A stretch of DNA of 64,000 nt from a virus. Lineage: Duplodnaviria > Caudoviricetes. The notes under the pieces are model-generated. The model had not been told where the DNA came from. It did not search any database and was given only the letters and a program-made list of their open reading frames with translations. The DNA lies in the IMG/VR virus record IMGVR_UViG_3300037067_018433. The stretch is one strand, 5' to 3'. A program made the position numbers and the translations under genes. This document shows, in pieces, positions 63,833 through 64,000 of the stretch. How positions within the stretch are numbered: position 1 is the stretch's first letter; every line of letters begins with the position of its first letter.

Positions 63833-64000
63833 CCCATCGCCCAGCCTCATTCAGGACGTGCTGGCCGGCGACCCGAGCGCGGCCGCCGAGCTGCAAAGGA
63901 TGCAGGAGTCCGACGTTCGTTCGAGCTTCGCGGGTCCCAACAAGGGCCCGCTGTCCTCTATCTTCGCCCGTGCGCTCCTAGGCCGCAGCAGGAGCCCGTC
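63825..64000 (+). CDS. hypothetical protein (truncated by window end)
   Basis: SD GGAGG plus GTG; open to the window edge. Confidence 0.55.
   Translation, partial: MADPSPSLIQDVLAGDPSAAAELQRMQESDVRSSFAGPNKGPLSSIFARALLGRSRSP

Noticed and set aside
1-64000. tRNA, rRNA, integrase, transposase, intron or intein
   Set aside because: No cloverleaf or T-arm signature in the few intergenic gaps and no matching catalytic motifs noticed by eye; tRNAscan and HMM searches would be needed to exclude them

Overview
This window looks like an internal 64-kb segment of a large, GC-rich (roughly two-thirds G+C by eye) tailed dsDNA phage or prophage, probably with a contractile tail. The host is plausibly Myxococcota-like, based on a lipoprotein with myxobacterial cysteine-rich repeats. 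All family assignments come from motif recognition by eye, not database searches. Layout: (i) 0-20 kb holds dense small accessory genes, including an HExxH membrane protein, an H1-like basic protein, GroES, an AAA+ ATPase, DUF1643, an MmcB-like nuclease, many Zn-ribbon proteins and a -1 frameshift gene pair resembling a tail assembly chaperone. (ii) 20.6-29.3 kb encodes tape-measure-like and hub-like tail proteins. (iii) 29.3-35 kb is a cluster of Gly/Ala-rich proteins surrounding a sigma factor and an inorganic-pyrophosphatase-domain protein. (iv) 35-57.9 kb covers fibre, baseplate (gp25-like, J-like, PKD-containing) and holin-like genes. (v) A leftward block (lipoprotein, L7/L12-like protein) is followed by a spike-like protein and a modular DUF5661-like protein. 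The most interesting signals are four. A recurrent (E)K-x-A motif sits at module boundaries in about eight proteins, suggesting a head-protease processing system that releases glycine-zipper modules and cargo domains such as a pyrophosphatase. A bipartite motif GCGAAAAC-N13/14-TGGCATAAGAnCnATGAAC is shared by the two leftward operons 52 kb apart. Two intergenic regions are highly structured RNA candidates (20.2-20.4 kb and 60.2-60.35 kb). A GGGAAAT frameshift site lies 11 kb upstream of the tape-measure gene. No capsid, terminase, portal, protease, tRNA, rRNA, CRISPR array, integrase or transposase was recognised.
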